This document shows positions 26,893 to 38,335 of a stretch of DNA of 64,000 nucleotides, piece by piece. The translations under genes and the position numbers were made by a program. The notes under the pieces were generated by a model. The model did not search any database, was not told the DNA's origin, and was given only the letters and a program-made list of their open reading frames with translations. Position 1 is the first letter of the stretch; each line of letters opens with the position of its first letter. Origin of the DNA: Gracilinanus agilis (Eukaryota). Location of the stretch: contig NC_058136.1 in NCBI RefSeq assembly GCF_016433145.1, positions 1,566,317 to 1,630,316 on the forward strand, read 5' to 3'.

Positions 26893-27327
26893 TAAAAAAA
26901 AAAAACTCTGAGGTATCACCTCACACCTAGCAGATTGGCTAAAATGAAAGGGGAGAGTAATGAATGCTGGAGGGGATGTGGTAAAACTGGGACATTAATG
27001 CATTGCTGGTGGAGTTGTGAACTGATCCAACCATTCTGAATGGCAATTTGGAACTATGCTCAAAGGGCTATAAAAGAATGCCTGCCCTTTGATCCAGCCA
27101 TACCATTGTTGGGTTTGTACCCCAAAGAGATCACAGATAAACAGACTTGTATGAAAATATTTTATAGCTGCACTTTTTGTGGTGGCAAAAAACTGGAAAA
27201 TGAGGGTATGCCCTTCAATTGGGGAATGGCTGAACAGACTGTGGTATATGCTGGTGATGGAATACTATTGCGCTCAAAGAAATAATAAACTGGAGGAATT
27301 CCATGTGAACTGGAAAGACCTCCAGGA
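26893..27327 (+). mobile_element. 5'-truncated L1, ORF2 C-terminal Cys-rich region, cut by the gap
   Basis: Encodes RYHLTP...ECWRGCGKTGTLMHCWW...IWNYAQRAIKECLPFDPAIPLLGLYPKEI, with frameshifts. Confidence 0.95.
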
Positions 27328-27827
27328 NNNNNNNNNNNNNNNNNNNNNNNNNNNNNNNNNNNNNNNNNNNNNNNNNNNNNNNNNNNNNNNNNNNNNNNNN
27401 NNNNNNNNNNNNNNNNNNNNNNNNNNNNNNNNNNNNNNNNNNNNNNNNNNNNNNNNNNNNNNNNNNNNNNNNNNNNNNNNNNNNNNNNNNNNNNNNNNNN
27501 NNNNNNNNNNNNNNNNNNNNNNNNNNNNNNNNNNNNNNNNNNNNNNNNNNNNNNNNNNNNNNNNNNNNNNNNNNNNNNNNNNNNNNNNNNNNNNNNNNNN
27601 NNNNNNNNNNNNNNNNNNNNNNNNNNNNNNNNNNNNNNNNNNNNNNNNNNNNNNNNNNNNNNNNNNNNNNNNNNNNNNNNNNNNNNNNNNNNNNNNNNNN
27701 NNNNNNNNNNNNNNNNNNNNNNNNNNNNNNNNNNNNNNNNNNNNNNNNNNNNNNNNNNNNNNNNNNNNNNNNNNNNNNNNNNNNNNNNNNNNNNNNNNNN
27801 NNNNNNNNNNNNNNNNNNNNNNNNNNN
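27328..27827. other. Scaffold gap, exactly 500 N
   Basis: N run of exactly 500. Confidence 0.99.
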
Positions 27828-28599
27828 GTTTTATGAGCGAGTTCATCCCATTCACATTCAGAGTTATAATCATCAGTTGTGCATTTGCTGACATTTTCGT
27901 TTCCTCCCCTATTCCTACCCCCTTTTTCTTATACTGTTTCCTTTTAAACCAGTAGTTTGCTATTCAGACCCTATCCCTTATCCCCTCCCTTGATTAACTT
28001 CCCCTTCTACCCCCTCCCTTGTTTTCTCCCCCCCCTTTTTGTTTTTAGAGGCCTAATGAATTCCCTCCCCCTTCTTCTCCCCTCCCTTTTTTTGACATCC
28101 TCACTCCCTTGTTTCCCTTGATTTATCCCTTCTGACTTTCTCAGAAGGGTTAGATAAGAGTTTTATGTCCCAATGGATAGTATAGCTATTCTTCCCTCTC
28201 CAGGTTGATTACACTGAGAGTAAGGTTTGATTATTACCTCTTAATGCTCTCTTCCTCTCCTTCTTATAATAGTATTTGTCCCCTCTCCTTCCCATGCCCT
28301 CTTTGTATGTAATGGAATATCCTATTTTTCTTATTCACTCAAGTTTCTCTTGGTATCCCCTGCTATTCACCCCCTCTTTCCCATCCCCCATGTCATCTTA
28401 GATTATTTAGTGTTCCATCCTCACCCTGTGAATTATTCTTCTGATTACTATAATAGTGAATAGAGTTCACTACAGAGAATTATACATAACATTTCTCTAC
28501 ATAGGAATACAGATAATTAGATCTTACTGAGGCCCTTAAAAAGGCAAATTTAAAAATTATAAGTTTTCTTTCTTTCCCCTCTGTTTCTTATTTACCTTT

Positions 28600-29563
28600 T
28601 CATGTTTCTCTCGATTTTCGTGGTTGGATATCAAACTTTCCATTTAGCCCTGGTCTTTTCTGTGCAAATACTTGCAGGTGGTTGCAGGCCCAGCTCTCTT
28701 GCCTTTATGAATATCGTATTCTGAGCCTTGTGGTCTTTTAGCGTGGAGGCTGCCAGATCCTGTGTGATCCTGATTGGTGTTCCTTGATATTTGAATTGTC
28801 TCTTTCTGGCTTCTTGTAAGATTTTTTCTTTTGCTTGAAAGCTCTTGAATTTGGCAATTATATTCCTGAACGTTTTCTTATCTGGATCGAATGTCTTGGG
28901 TGTTCTATGAATCCTTTCAATGTCTATATTGCCCTCTTGTTGTAGGACTTCAGGGCAATTTTGCTGAATAATTTCTTTTAGTATGGAGTCCAGGTTTCTA
29001 TTAATTTCTGGTTTTTCTGGAAGACCAATTATTCTCAAATTGTCTCTTCTAGACCAGTTTTCTTGGTCTGTCACACTCTCATTGAGATATTTCATATTTC
29101 CTTCTATTTTTTCAGTCTTTTGACTTTGTTTTATTTGTTCTTGTTGTCTTGAGAGATCATTAGCTTCTAATTGCTCAATTCTAGCCTTTAGGGACTGGTT
29201 TTCGGCTCTAAACTTTTCGTTTTCAGCTATGATCTTTTTAATCTGGTCATTTTTGGTGTTCAATTTGCTTATCAGTTCATTTGATTTCTGAGCCTCACTT
29301 TCCAATTGCAAGATTCTACTTTTTAAACTGTTATTTTCTTGCCAGATCTCTTCCATCTTCCTCAGAATCTCAGTTTTGAACTCTTCCATAGCTTGTGACC
29401 TGTTTTCCTTATTTGAGAAGGGTCCGGATGCTTGTTTGTTCTCCTCCTCTGTTTGCTCGGTTGTCTGGATTTTCTCTGTGTAAAAGTTGTCGATTGTTAA
29501 AGACTTCTTTTTCTTGTTGTTTATTTTTCTCTTCTGAACTTCCTGAGTCTTGGTAGCCATCAT
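28600..29563 (-). pseudogene. L1 ORF1p with a frameshifting deletion near the C-terminus
   Basis: Coiled coil plus RRM motifs (RRDNLRIIGLPE, DIERIHRTP, PIRITQDLA). After ELGLQP the expected PRIxYPAxL segment is absent, and the native tail LQVFAQKRPGLNGKFDIQPRKSRET* continues in another frame to a stop at 28600-28602. Confidence 0.88.
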
Positions 29564-30174
29564 TAGCCCAGCAGCTTCTCAGCTTTATCCTCGCGCTCGG
29601 GGGTCTGTCCGCGGTCTTTTGGCTCCTGAGATCTGTTTTTTTCCAAGGTCAAGCCCCCTGGTGGACCCCCTTGCTTGATCCTCTGCCTGAGGTTCCTTTA
29701 CAAGTCTCAGGGCCCTGTTTCCATAGTGGTATACCCGTCTACGCTGGTTCCCCACTCAGGGTTTCAGAGCTTTAGCTCGTGGCTGTGTCTGACTCCCCCC
29801 ACGCCTCTGCTCCCACGCTCAGAGTTCGCATGCGTTCTTTGGCTTTTTGGGGTCCCAAATCTTGCTGCTCTCAGGAACAGGCCTTGGAGCTGCCAATGAC
29901 TCGATGGGTGCCCCAAACTTCTCTATTTCTTTTTAACTGGCTTCGGTGCTATAGGTGGTGTGTGTGGAGGGGTGGGGGTGGGGTGGTTGCTCAGCTCGCG
30001 ATTTAGTGAGAGCTGTTTCACCCCTTTATAGCATGGAAATGTCCCGATTCCACGTACCTTCCACGCTGCACCCTGTTGTGGGGTTCCTCCATTGGTCTGG
30101 ACTTGTTTTTATGTCCCCTTGAGGAGTCTTGTGTGTTTCAGTCAGGAGAGGTTAAGAGCTGCTTTTTACTCTGG

Positions 30175-30183
30175 CGCCATCTT
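30175..30183 (-). promoter_or_regulatory. YY1 motif (AAGATGGCG) of the L1 internal promoter
   Basis: cgccatctt on the plus strand, at the extreme L1 5' end where this motif is known to sit. Confidence 0.75.
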
Positions 30184-30199
30184 AACCCGGAACCGAGGA

Positions 30200-30410
30200 A
30201 ATTCCTTGTTTGTCATTTCTTATGGTGCAATAGTATTCCATTCCAATCATATACCACAACTTGTTCAGCCATTCTTTAATTGAAGGACATCCCTTCAGTT
30301 TCCAGTTCTTTGTTAATATAAAAAGAACTGTTATAAATACTTTTGTACAAGTAAATTCTTTTCCCCTAACTTTGATCTCTTTGGAATATATGCCTAGTAG
30401 TCATATTGCA
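30200..30410 (-). mobile_element. Older L1 fragment into which the younger L1 inserted
   Basis: caatagtattccattccaatcatataccacaacttgttcagccattc...tttccagttctttg is a recognisable antisense L1 ORF2 3' segment. Confidence 0.75.
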
Positions 30411-30760
30411 GGAGAATGAAATTTTTTAGTATGAGGTAAAGATGATTGTTTTTAGGTATGGGCTAAATTATAAGGCCATTGAGGTCCCTTCCAATACTGA
30501 AATTATGTATTGCTCTAAGGTAGTATAAGTACTAGGAAAGGAATATTTGATTTAGTAGTAAAGAAATAACATTTGAGAGAGGGCTTTTACATGATTGATT
30601 TGCAGGTAGCCAAATTTGTTTATAAACTATATAAACTCTAAGAGGTTAGGCTCTTAACATTTTTTTTCTTTGTTCAAGCACCTAGTATGATACTTTGTAA
30701 ATAGTATGTCCATAAGGTATGTTTGGTTTATTTAAATTAATTGAAAATTCAAGAATTGCA

Positions 30761-31002
30761 GGGTAGGTAGGTGGCACAGTGTATAGAATACTGGGCCTGG
30801 AATCAGGATGACTTATTTTCCTGAGTTCAAATCTGTCCTCACACTTACTAGCTGTGTGACCCTAGGCAAGTCACTTTCCCTCCTTTCCCTCAGTTTTCTA
30901 ATTTGAAAAATGAACTTTGAGAAGGAAATGGGAAATCACTCAAGTACTTCTGCCAAGAAAACCCCAAATTGTGTCACAAAGTGTCATAACCAAACAATAA
31001 CA
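30761..31002 (+). mobile_element. MAR1-type SINE
   Basis: ggtaggtggcacagtg...gagaaggaaatggg...tgccaagaaaaccccaaat...aacaataacaa. Confidence 0.85.
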
Positions 31003-31338
31003 AAGTATAGATTTTTAGCAGTTTTTTATGAAGGAAAAAAGACATAAATAATAATAATTTAAAAGCATGACTAGGTCAAATGATCATAATTACAGATCAG
31101 ATTTAAGCATGCGGGAAATCCAAACACATATATATAGGCAATGGAGAAGGAGTCAATGGATAAAAGAATTAGGTATAGACTTCCCTCAAAATGACCTATT
31201 GAAAGATGTTACCCAACAGATTTCTTTCTTTTTTCCTCAGAAATATTGAATAATATTCCAAACATAATAAAAGACTAACAATCAAAAGAAAAGAAATAAA
31301 TTTTTGTAAGGTAATCCTCAAAACAAAGTAAAAAGTGA

Positions 31339-32440
31339 ACACAAACACAAACCAATGGCTTCACTGACAGCTTGATTCTTGACCTCCCAAGCAATCCTCA
31401 GTTGAAATCCTCATTGATTACTGCAGAATACGTTTCATTTTCACATTTCCATGATCTATCCTCATATCTACCATGGATACCACATGGAATACATCTTATT
31501 GCAATATTCTTGCTCATTTTGCTGGTTATAGAGGTTACACTTATTATAAGTAAGTGGGCGATCTCCAAGGACCTTAATCTACCCCTTCCTACAGGAATGT
31601 CCTTTCTACAGCCATTCAAAGTTCTCTGGTCCTCAATAGGGGGAAGCTCAAAAGGTAAGTCACTATGGGCTATGGTTTGGAAAAACAGTGAAGAGATTGA
31701 GAAAAAGAACAAGAATATGAGAATTCCAAAAACAATAAAGAAATACTGTAAAAGGGAATGATTAGAAAGGTCTCTGAGAAATATGATGAGTTCTTCAATC
31801 GAACTGAGTATATTACAGGGCTTAGAACTTGATTTGGAGCCATCTGAGAAAATTTTCATTGTCCAGTGGAGCCTTTCTGCAAAGATATTGGGAATTCATG
31901 ATGAGCTGACTGAAATTCTGACTTACTTTTTGTCTTCCAATGACATACCAGTGTGTCTAACAGAGTAGACCTGCACAGGTTTATCCCTTCCTCCACCCAG
32001 ACCTTGTTTGACAATGACCTCAGTCCTGTTGGGGAACAATTGAGCAGTTCACGACAACTTTATAGCATATAGCAGAAGTAAGCATGCTTGTAAGCTTCCC
32101 AAGAAAGTAATTCATGGGAAATGTTCCTCAACCATATATTCCTTTGTATAAGAGGAGGGTTCTGAGTTCCCTATGTACCCTGATTCTAGAATGCATCTTG
32201 AGCTAGGAAAAAGATGATTTCCTGAGAAACATCAGCTGTTGAAGTTGCTTCATGAGTAATTCCAAGTTCAAGGATATGGGAATTGCCATTTCCAGAATGA
32301 GAGGAATTTATGATCCAATATGTTGTTTGGAGAAATGAGTACTACTCCCAAAATTCTTTATTTATCAAGAAGAGAAAATGACTTTATAGAAGTAGAAAAT
32401 AACTTTGAGGATAATCGCCTATGTCCTACAAATCTCTAAA
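31339..32440 (+). other. Unassigned stop-poor, coding-like segment (decayed retrocopy or endogenous viral/TE ORF candidate)
   Basis: One plus frame has a single stop in ~210 codons (31339-31968), with an overlapping 153-aa antisense ORF. No recognisable SINE or LINE sequence and no identifiable protein. Confidence 0.3.
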
Positions 32441-35403
32441 CTTGTGTGGAATAGATCTGATCCTGGGGTTGACTCCAAAAAGCTGTTTTTCTCTCTTTAA
32501 TTCAATGCCTTTAACTAAAAAAAACCACTTTGAAATAAAGGTGGGTCTAAGATTCTCCATGAAATCTTTATTTCACCCCTTGAAAACAAAGAAGGATCCC
32601 AAGGAATCCTTAATTAGAGGCAGCAAGTTACATGCCTGCTTGAATAACTTATCAATTACTCTCAGAAGGTAAATGAAAATGGCATGGCCATTACAGCAAT
32701 ACTTTGGCAGTCAGGTGAGTTTCTTATTCCAATAGGGTCTTGCATATTTATATCTACTTAGATTTCTTCAAAATATTAAATAAACATTTAAGACTACTAA
32801 ACAATTAGGCCCCTTCACAAAGTACATGTATTGCCTGAATGACTTATTTTATTTGTTTTCCATGTTGGATGTTTCTGAAAAAATATATGGAAAATCTTCA
32901 AAAGAACTATTAACCTAAAATGAGAGAAGATACCATGTTCTTTTCAGAACTGTGCCTTATGTAAATGCCAATGAAGGAACCAGGGGCATTAAAAAAAGTT
33001 CCACATACAATAATGAAAAAACTGGAAAGAAATTCATGTTTTTTATAAAAGGGTACTGGAGAAGATTATTCAAAAATAATAATAATGTCATTAGGTATAA
33101 TATAAATAATATAGCACTTGAAGGTTGGGAAAGTGCTTTACAAATATTTCATCCTATGTGGTAGGTGCCATTATTGTCCCTATTTTATAGATGAGAAGAC
33201 TGAGACAGACAGAACTCCCAGGGTCTCAGAACTATTAAGTTTCTGAGACTAAATCTGAATCAGGTCTTCCTGATTCCACATCCTACCTTCTAGATTTAGG
33301 TGGTAAGGGAAACATAGAATCTCAAAGCCTCAACTTTCTAGGTAACAAATATTGGTTGAAACAACAGCTGAAAAATATAATATTGTATTTAAAATGTTAA
33401 ACAGTATTAGAAGAAAGTAGTAAGGGGAAGAACTGGGGCTTAAATGGTGGATAAACTCAAGAAGGAGATAATGCATGGGTGAAAATGAGGAAAGAAAACT
33501 ATTTTAATTGGATTTGATAGAGGGAAAACCAAAGTTGACAATTACCTTATGTTTATAAATGAATCAATTTACAAAATGTAGAAAAATATGAGAACAGATT
33601 TTAAAGAGTTAATATTTTGTTATTTATAAGAAACACACAAATCATAAAGATTTGTGCTCACTAAGGTCAGCATCATGGTAGATTGATATCAAAGTTCTAC
33701 AAATATTCCTGTTTTCAGATTAAATGCTAATAACATTTTGGTTTATTGGAAATAGTGATGGACCTTGATTGTTTACATGCCTGCATTTGAATCATATTTC
33801 TTACATGAAGAAATTGGTGGTCATGATAATTTAATATTTTTTAGGCGCAGTTTCCTCATCTGTGAAATGGGCATAATAATGTAGTAACTTCTAGCCTCTA
33901 ATAAGATAATCTGTGTAAAGGGTTCTGTTAAATTTTAAAAAGATTTGTAAATGACAATTAGCACTGTCCTTAAAGTTTTCAAGGTGCTGTCCACACAACA
34001 GTCCTGAGGGGTGAGTAGTGAAAAAGCTTTTCTTTTCATTTTATAGTTATGACTGGCCTCAAAGGTGATGTACTGTTTGTGCTAGGACCCTGACTCAGAT
34101 ACAGACCTTTCACATTTTGGGTCCAATGTAATTTTTTTGTTCATTATATTGCATTTTTCCATCCCCCTTGTTTTTCTACTGTTTCTGAAGTTTTTTTTTT
34201 TTTTTTTACTGTTTCTGAATTTTGCTAAAGATCCAGATTTTTGAAAGAAGAATTTACTCTTTGACAAAAATTGCTAGGAAAACTGGAAAACAGTATGGCA
34301 GAAATTAGTTTAGCACAAGGCCTAGCACGCTGCCAGCACTCAATAAATGCTTGTTGAATCTAATTTAATAGACACATTCTTTGATCTCGGCACTCATAAC
34401 TGTTCTAGTTCTGGGATCCAGAGAGCTGAAATTTTTCTCCTTGATCATCAACTCCATTCTTCCATTTCTCCCATCTCACTCTTGCTCTTCATCCCAAATG
34501 GGATCAAAAGTGACTCCGCAAATGAAATGAGCAGAATCATTAAATTAGTTTGATGTGCTTAAGACAATGCTAATTGTCATTTACAAACCTTTAAGGAGAT
34601 AATTGTGAGTTTTTACTATATTGGCAAAACTATAGCAAACATCTCTAAAGGTAATCCACAGATTTAATCAGTTAAATATCTCTGTTTTGTGTATGAGCTT
34701 TAAGTGAATACTGTGATGCCTTTAGATACTACCAGCTAGTAATAATGTTGTGCTGAATTGCATTTGGAAAATTATATAACATATTCAATGATATTCATTT
34801 GTGTAAAAGTCTACATTTTATCATGAATATTTTCTTTCTAAGAATTTTTATTTTTTCCAGATTACATGTCAATATAATTTTCAAAAATCATTTTCTGACA
34901 TTTTGTGATCCATATCTCTAGTTTCTTCATCTGAGAATTGTCTGTTCATATCCTTTATCCATTGTCATGTGGGGAATGCTTTCTATTGTTATAGAATCAA
35001 CTCTCTTTTTTTCTCTCTCTCTCTAGATAGATAGATAGAAAGATTAGCTATAGAGATAGAGATAGAGATAGATAGATAAAGAACTAGAAAGGTCATCCAA
35101 AGTGTCCTCGTCCAAAATCTTCATTTGTCCAAAAAAGAAAACTGAAACCTTGAGAGACTGAATGACTTAACTAAGGTTACATAAGTAAAAGTGGCAGAAG
35201 AAGAATTTGAACCCATGTTCTCTGACTCCAAATCCTGAGATACATTTCAGGGGGACTGTGGAGCCACTAGTACATTTTAAAAATAATTTTTAAAATATTT
35301 CTTAAGAAAATCATACAATCATTAGAGTCTAAATTTTTATTTGAAAGAATAAAGAGAAATACTAAACAAACTTTGAACCAAAGACAAAAGTAATTTTAAA
35401 AGT

Positions 35404-35409
35404 TTTATT
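35404..35409 (-). terminator. PI15: Probable distal PI15 polyadenylation signal (AATAAA)
   Basis: Minus strand reads catttcAATAAAacttttaaaattac followed by a GU/U-rich element (ttttgtctttggttcaaagtttgttt). It sits at the edge of the TE-poor, AT-rich block downstream of the stop codon. Confidence 0.6.
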
Positions 35410-38078
35410 GAAATGCCAAGGTAATAAAAAGGAGTTCACAATGAACTACACTTGAAGGCTTGGGAACAGTTTAGGGTGAAAAAAAAAACAGGCAACTGAC
35501 ATACTACAATGTTTCCATATATATGTAACTATAGTCTACATATACACACACACATGAACTTATGTGATCATACCACTACATGAAAATGGTATGTTTTATA
35601 ATTCTTATCAACATCCATGTTAGGCAAAGAACTTTCCTTTTAAAAAAAAGCTATTTGAAAACATATTCAGGACACTTCAAAACTTTATAAATATAGAACA
35701 ACATTGGCATATGTATCAAGAACTATATTGTTGATATATTGGCTTCATAACATTCTGATTTGCAAGATTTCAATTCCAAAATACTATATGTGGTAAGAGT
35801 AAATATACAAGCACTAAGAAATCATTTAAAATTAGATTTCACTGTGTATGTGCAACCATGCCCCATGAGCTCAGTACTTGAACACTTTATGACACCAGAG
35901 TTCTGACCCTGTGGACAATTCACCAGATATCTGAGCTCCCCAAAGCATTGTCTCTGCCCCAAACCATCTGAGCTGCCAAAAGCCTATTGTTTTTCAACTC
36001 CAAACAGTGATTTAGCAGACAGATGATTGGATAGTAAGTCAAATCCTTTCCTTCTCCCTAGACAAAAAAAATTAGAATAACTGCTGCCTTTCAGTCTTTC
36101 TTATCCTTTGGAAGGTAGGAACAGGTGTTTGGATTTGGGACCAAAAAACCTGTTACCAGAGTCTAACACTCTTTAAAAACTTTAAGATTCTTGAGCTTCT
36201 CGTAGTGACTTGGCAGACTGTATACCTAGAGCTGGGCCAGACCTGAGTGAGTCCTACTCCTTCAATTTCCAGATAGAGGTCAATGCAGCTAAATGACTTT
36301 CCCAAATTTACACAGGTAGTTCATACTTTGACAATAAAGGCAAAGGCCTATTGAAGTCTAATGTTTAAAGCAATGAATGGTAGTAAATCTGTTAAATATC
36401 TATACTGAAAATATGATCTAAGGTAAGCAGCTATATATTATCACTAAAATATTATATATACTTATAAATTATTTTAAAAAAAAATCAATGGGGCTTTGTA
36501 GTGAAAATTATTTCTAGGATATGAGAAATGTTTTTTGAAAAAACAGCATTACTGTTAATCAACAATGAAATTGTAAGTAAAATCTTTATGATTTATCACT
36601 CAATTCAAAAGAGGAAATTATGAAGATTTAAAGACAGTGATCTTTGTTTCTTCATTACAAGTTAACAATGATGATGTAGTTTACTTGCATGAATATTAGC
36701 TTAAATGAGATTAAGTTATTTGATAGACCAAAAATCTAAATTTTGTCATAAATTGTCCATTGAAAATCAAGATTGTTGGGTTCAATGATTTTTCAAGCAT
36801 TGTAAGACTATGATGGATAATAAAACACATTTCCTCAGACATAAAGACCTAAATATCGGTTTGCCTGTAACAGTTTTAGGAATATAAAGCTTAAAAAGGA
36901 AAAAAAAAATATATATGTATATGTATATATCTTAAGAAACATAGTAAATGTGGAAATAAAAACTGTTAACGTTTAGTTGTGAGGTCTGCTTTCTTTTAAT
37001 CATTCAGCAGACGAGCACAATAAACTATTTGAGACTGAGACAATTTTGGAGTATAGTTTGAGCACATAGATTTCCCTGCCTTAAGACTATTGCATTTTTT
37101 TAAGACTAGAAAGTACCTCGGTGAGTGCATTTTGATCACCACAAGAGGGCACCAGTGCCTGCAGCAGGGCTGGTCCAGGGAGATGTATTTCCCTACTTAA
37201 GGAAATGAACAGCTTTGAGCTCACATAAATAATGCTGTATATGTAATATTTTAGAATCTTTTCCACTGCTAGTTGTTTGAAATCTATAAAACTCAACTGT
37301 GCATTCAATTGCTAGACAAGACAAAATTGTTTTCTCCCCTAAAAAAGCTATCAAAAAAACAGTTTCTTATCAATTTTTTTTGTACAGGGTTATACAGGCA
37401 GTAAGCATAATTGGTGGGGTTCGAAAGTAAGTCTTCTGACCCAGGAACTAAAGTTCTTTCCATCATACTATGACTTCCTTTTCATTAGTTGCATTTTCTT
37501 CCATTAAATAAATTACAAAGTTAGCTAGCCTCTGTTATTATTTGCAAGAAGTTTCAGAGGAAGTAATATTTCTGCGTAGCTATTGATTGCCTAACTGGGA
37601 GCCTAATGTTATTAATATACTTTTTAAAATTCTTAACTTTTGACTAAGTAATAATTAGCACACTTATTGCTGGAAGAACCTGGCTCCATTTGTGACTACA
37701 AAAAATAAGGTAAAGCAAAGCTGGTTTGTAGAATAGCCTTGCAAATCTAATATAGGTTATTTTTTTTTTGCTCAATAACTGAGTATTCATGAATAAGTCC
37801 TAGAGACTTGATAGGACCTTTCCTAGTAATTGTACTGGAAGACCATCCATAAAAATGGCTGTAGGGGAAGGGAGGGAGAAAATGAACTTTTCAATATATG
37901 TTCATTTCTTCATGAAGATATATTAATTCGTATTTCTGTTATGGGGGGGAAATGATGATTCTTTAGCTTTCATAATTTGGGATTCTGTAAACTAAGCTCC
38001 ATTTTACTAATCAGCAATATGTGCTGAATATTCATAAAAGTTAGCAAATCAGAGATAGCCATTAGAAAAGTAGTATTT

Positions 38079-38335
38079 GGGGCAGCTAGGTGGTACAGTG
38101 AATGGAGAACTAGACCTGTAATCAAGAAGTTTCTTGGGTTCAAATCTGGCCTCAGACAAATAATGGCTATGTGACTCTGGACAATTTACTTAATATCTAT
38201 TTTTGCCTCAGTTTCCTCAGCTGTAAACTGGGCAGGAGAAGGAAATAGCTAAACCACTCCAGGATGTCTACCAAGGAAACCCCAAATAAGATCATAGAGA
38301 GTAAGACACAACTGAAAATGACTGAATGAAAACAA
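38079..38335 (+). mobile_element. MAR1-type SINE inside the probable PI15 3'UTR, antisense to PI15
   Basis: ggggcagctaggtggtacagtg...ggagaaggaaatagctaaaccactccag...gactgaatgaaaac. Confidence 0.85.

Larger units (their letters stand above)
27828..30192 (-). mobile_element. 5' portion of a marsupial L1: 5'UTR, ORF1, ~700-bp inter-ORF spacer and the start of ORF2
   Basis: 5' end ttccgggttAAGATGGCG; ORF1 at 29563-28631; ORF2 begins at 27894 with the endonuclease N-terminus MSANAQLMIITLNVNGMNSLIK and runs into the gap. Confidence 0.96.

Noticed and set aside
27179-27955. 258-aa and 206-aa ORFs across the central gap
   Set aside because: They are open only because of the Ns and join pieces of two different L1 copies.
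28672-28688. CCTGCAA repeat at the ORF1 deletion as microhomology
   Set aside because: Both copies are retained, which is not the expected outcome of microhomology-mediated deletion.
26893-30192. A single twin-primed (5'-inverted) L1
   Set aside because: The order and orientation of the pieces do not fit twin priming, and no shared TSD is visible.
31339-32200. Short resemblances to filovirus L (CPVEP, CKLPK, YPDSR, NSDLL) and circovirus Rep (GKSxWA)
   Set aside because: The filovirus-like words fall in different frames and in reverse order. The Rep-like Walker A lacks the following WWDGY and Walker B motifs. They are treated as chance matches until a database search is run.
34171-34219. Poly(T) flanked by a repeated actgtttctgaa, resembling a polyA-only retro-insertion
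   Set aside because: The repeat lacks the L1 endonuclease TT/AAAA geometry, so a small tandem duplication with poly(T) expansion is simpler.
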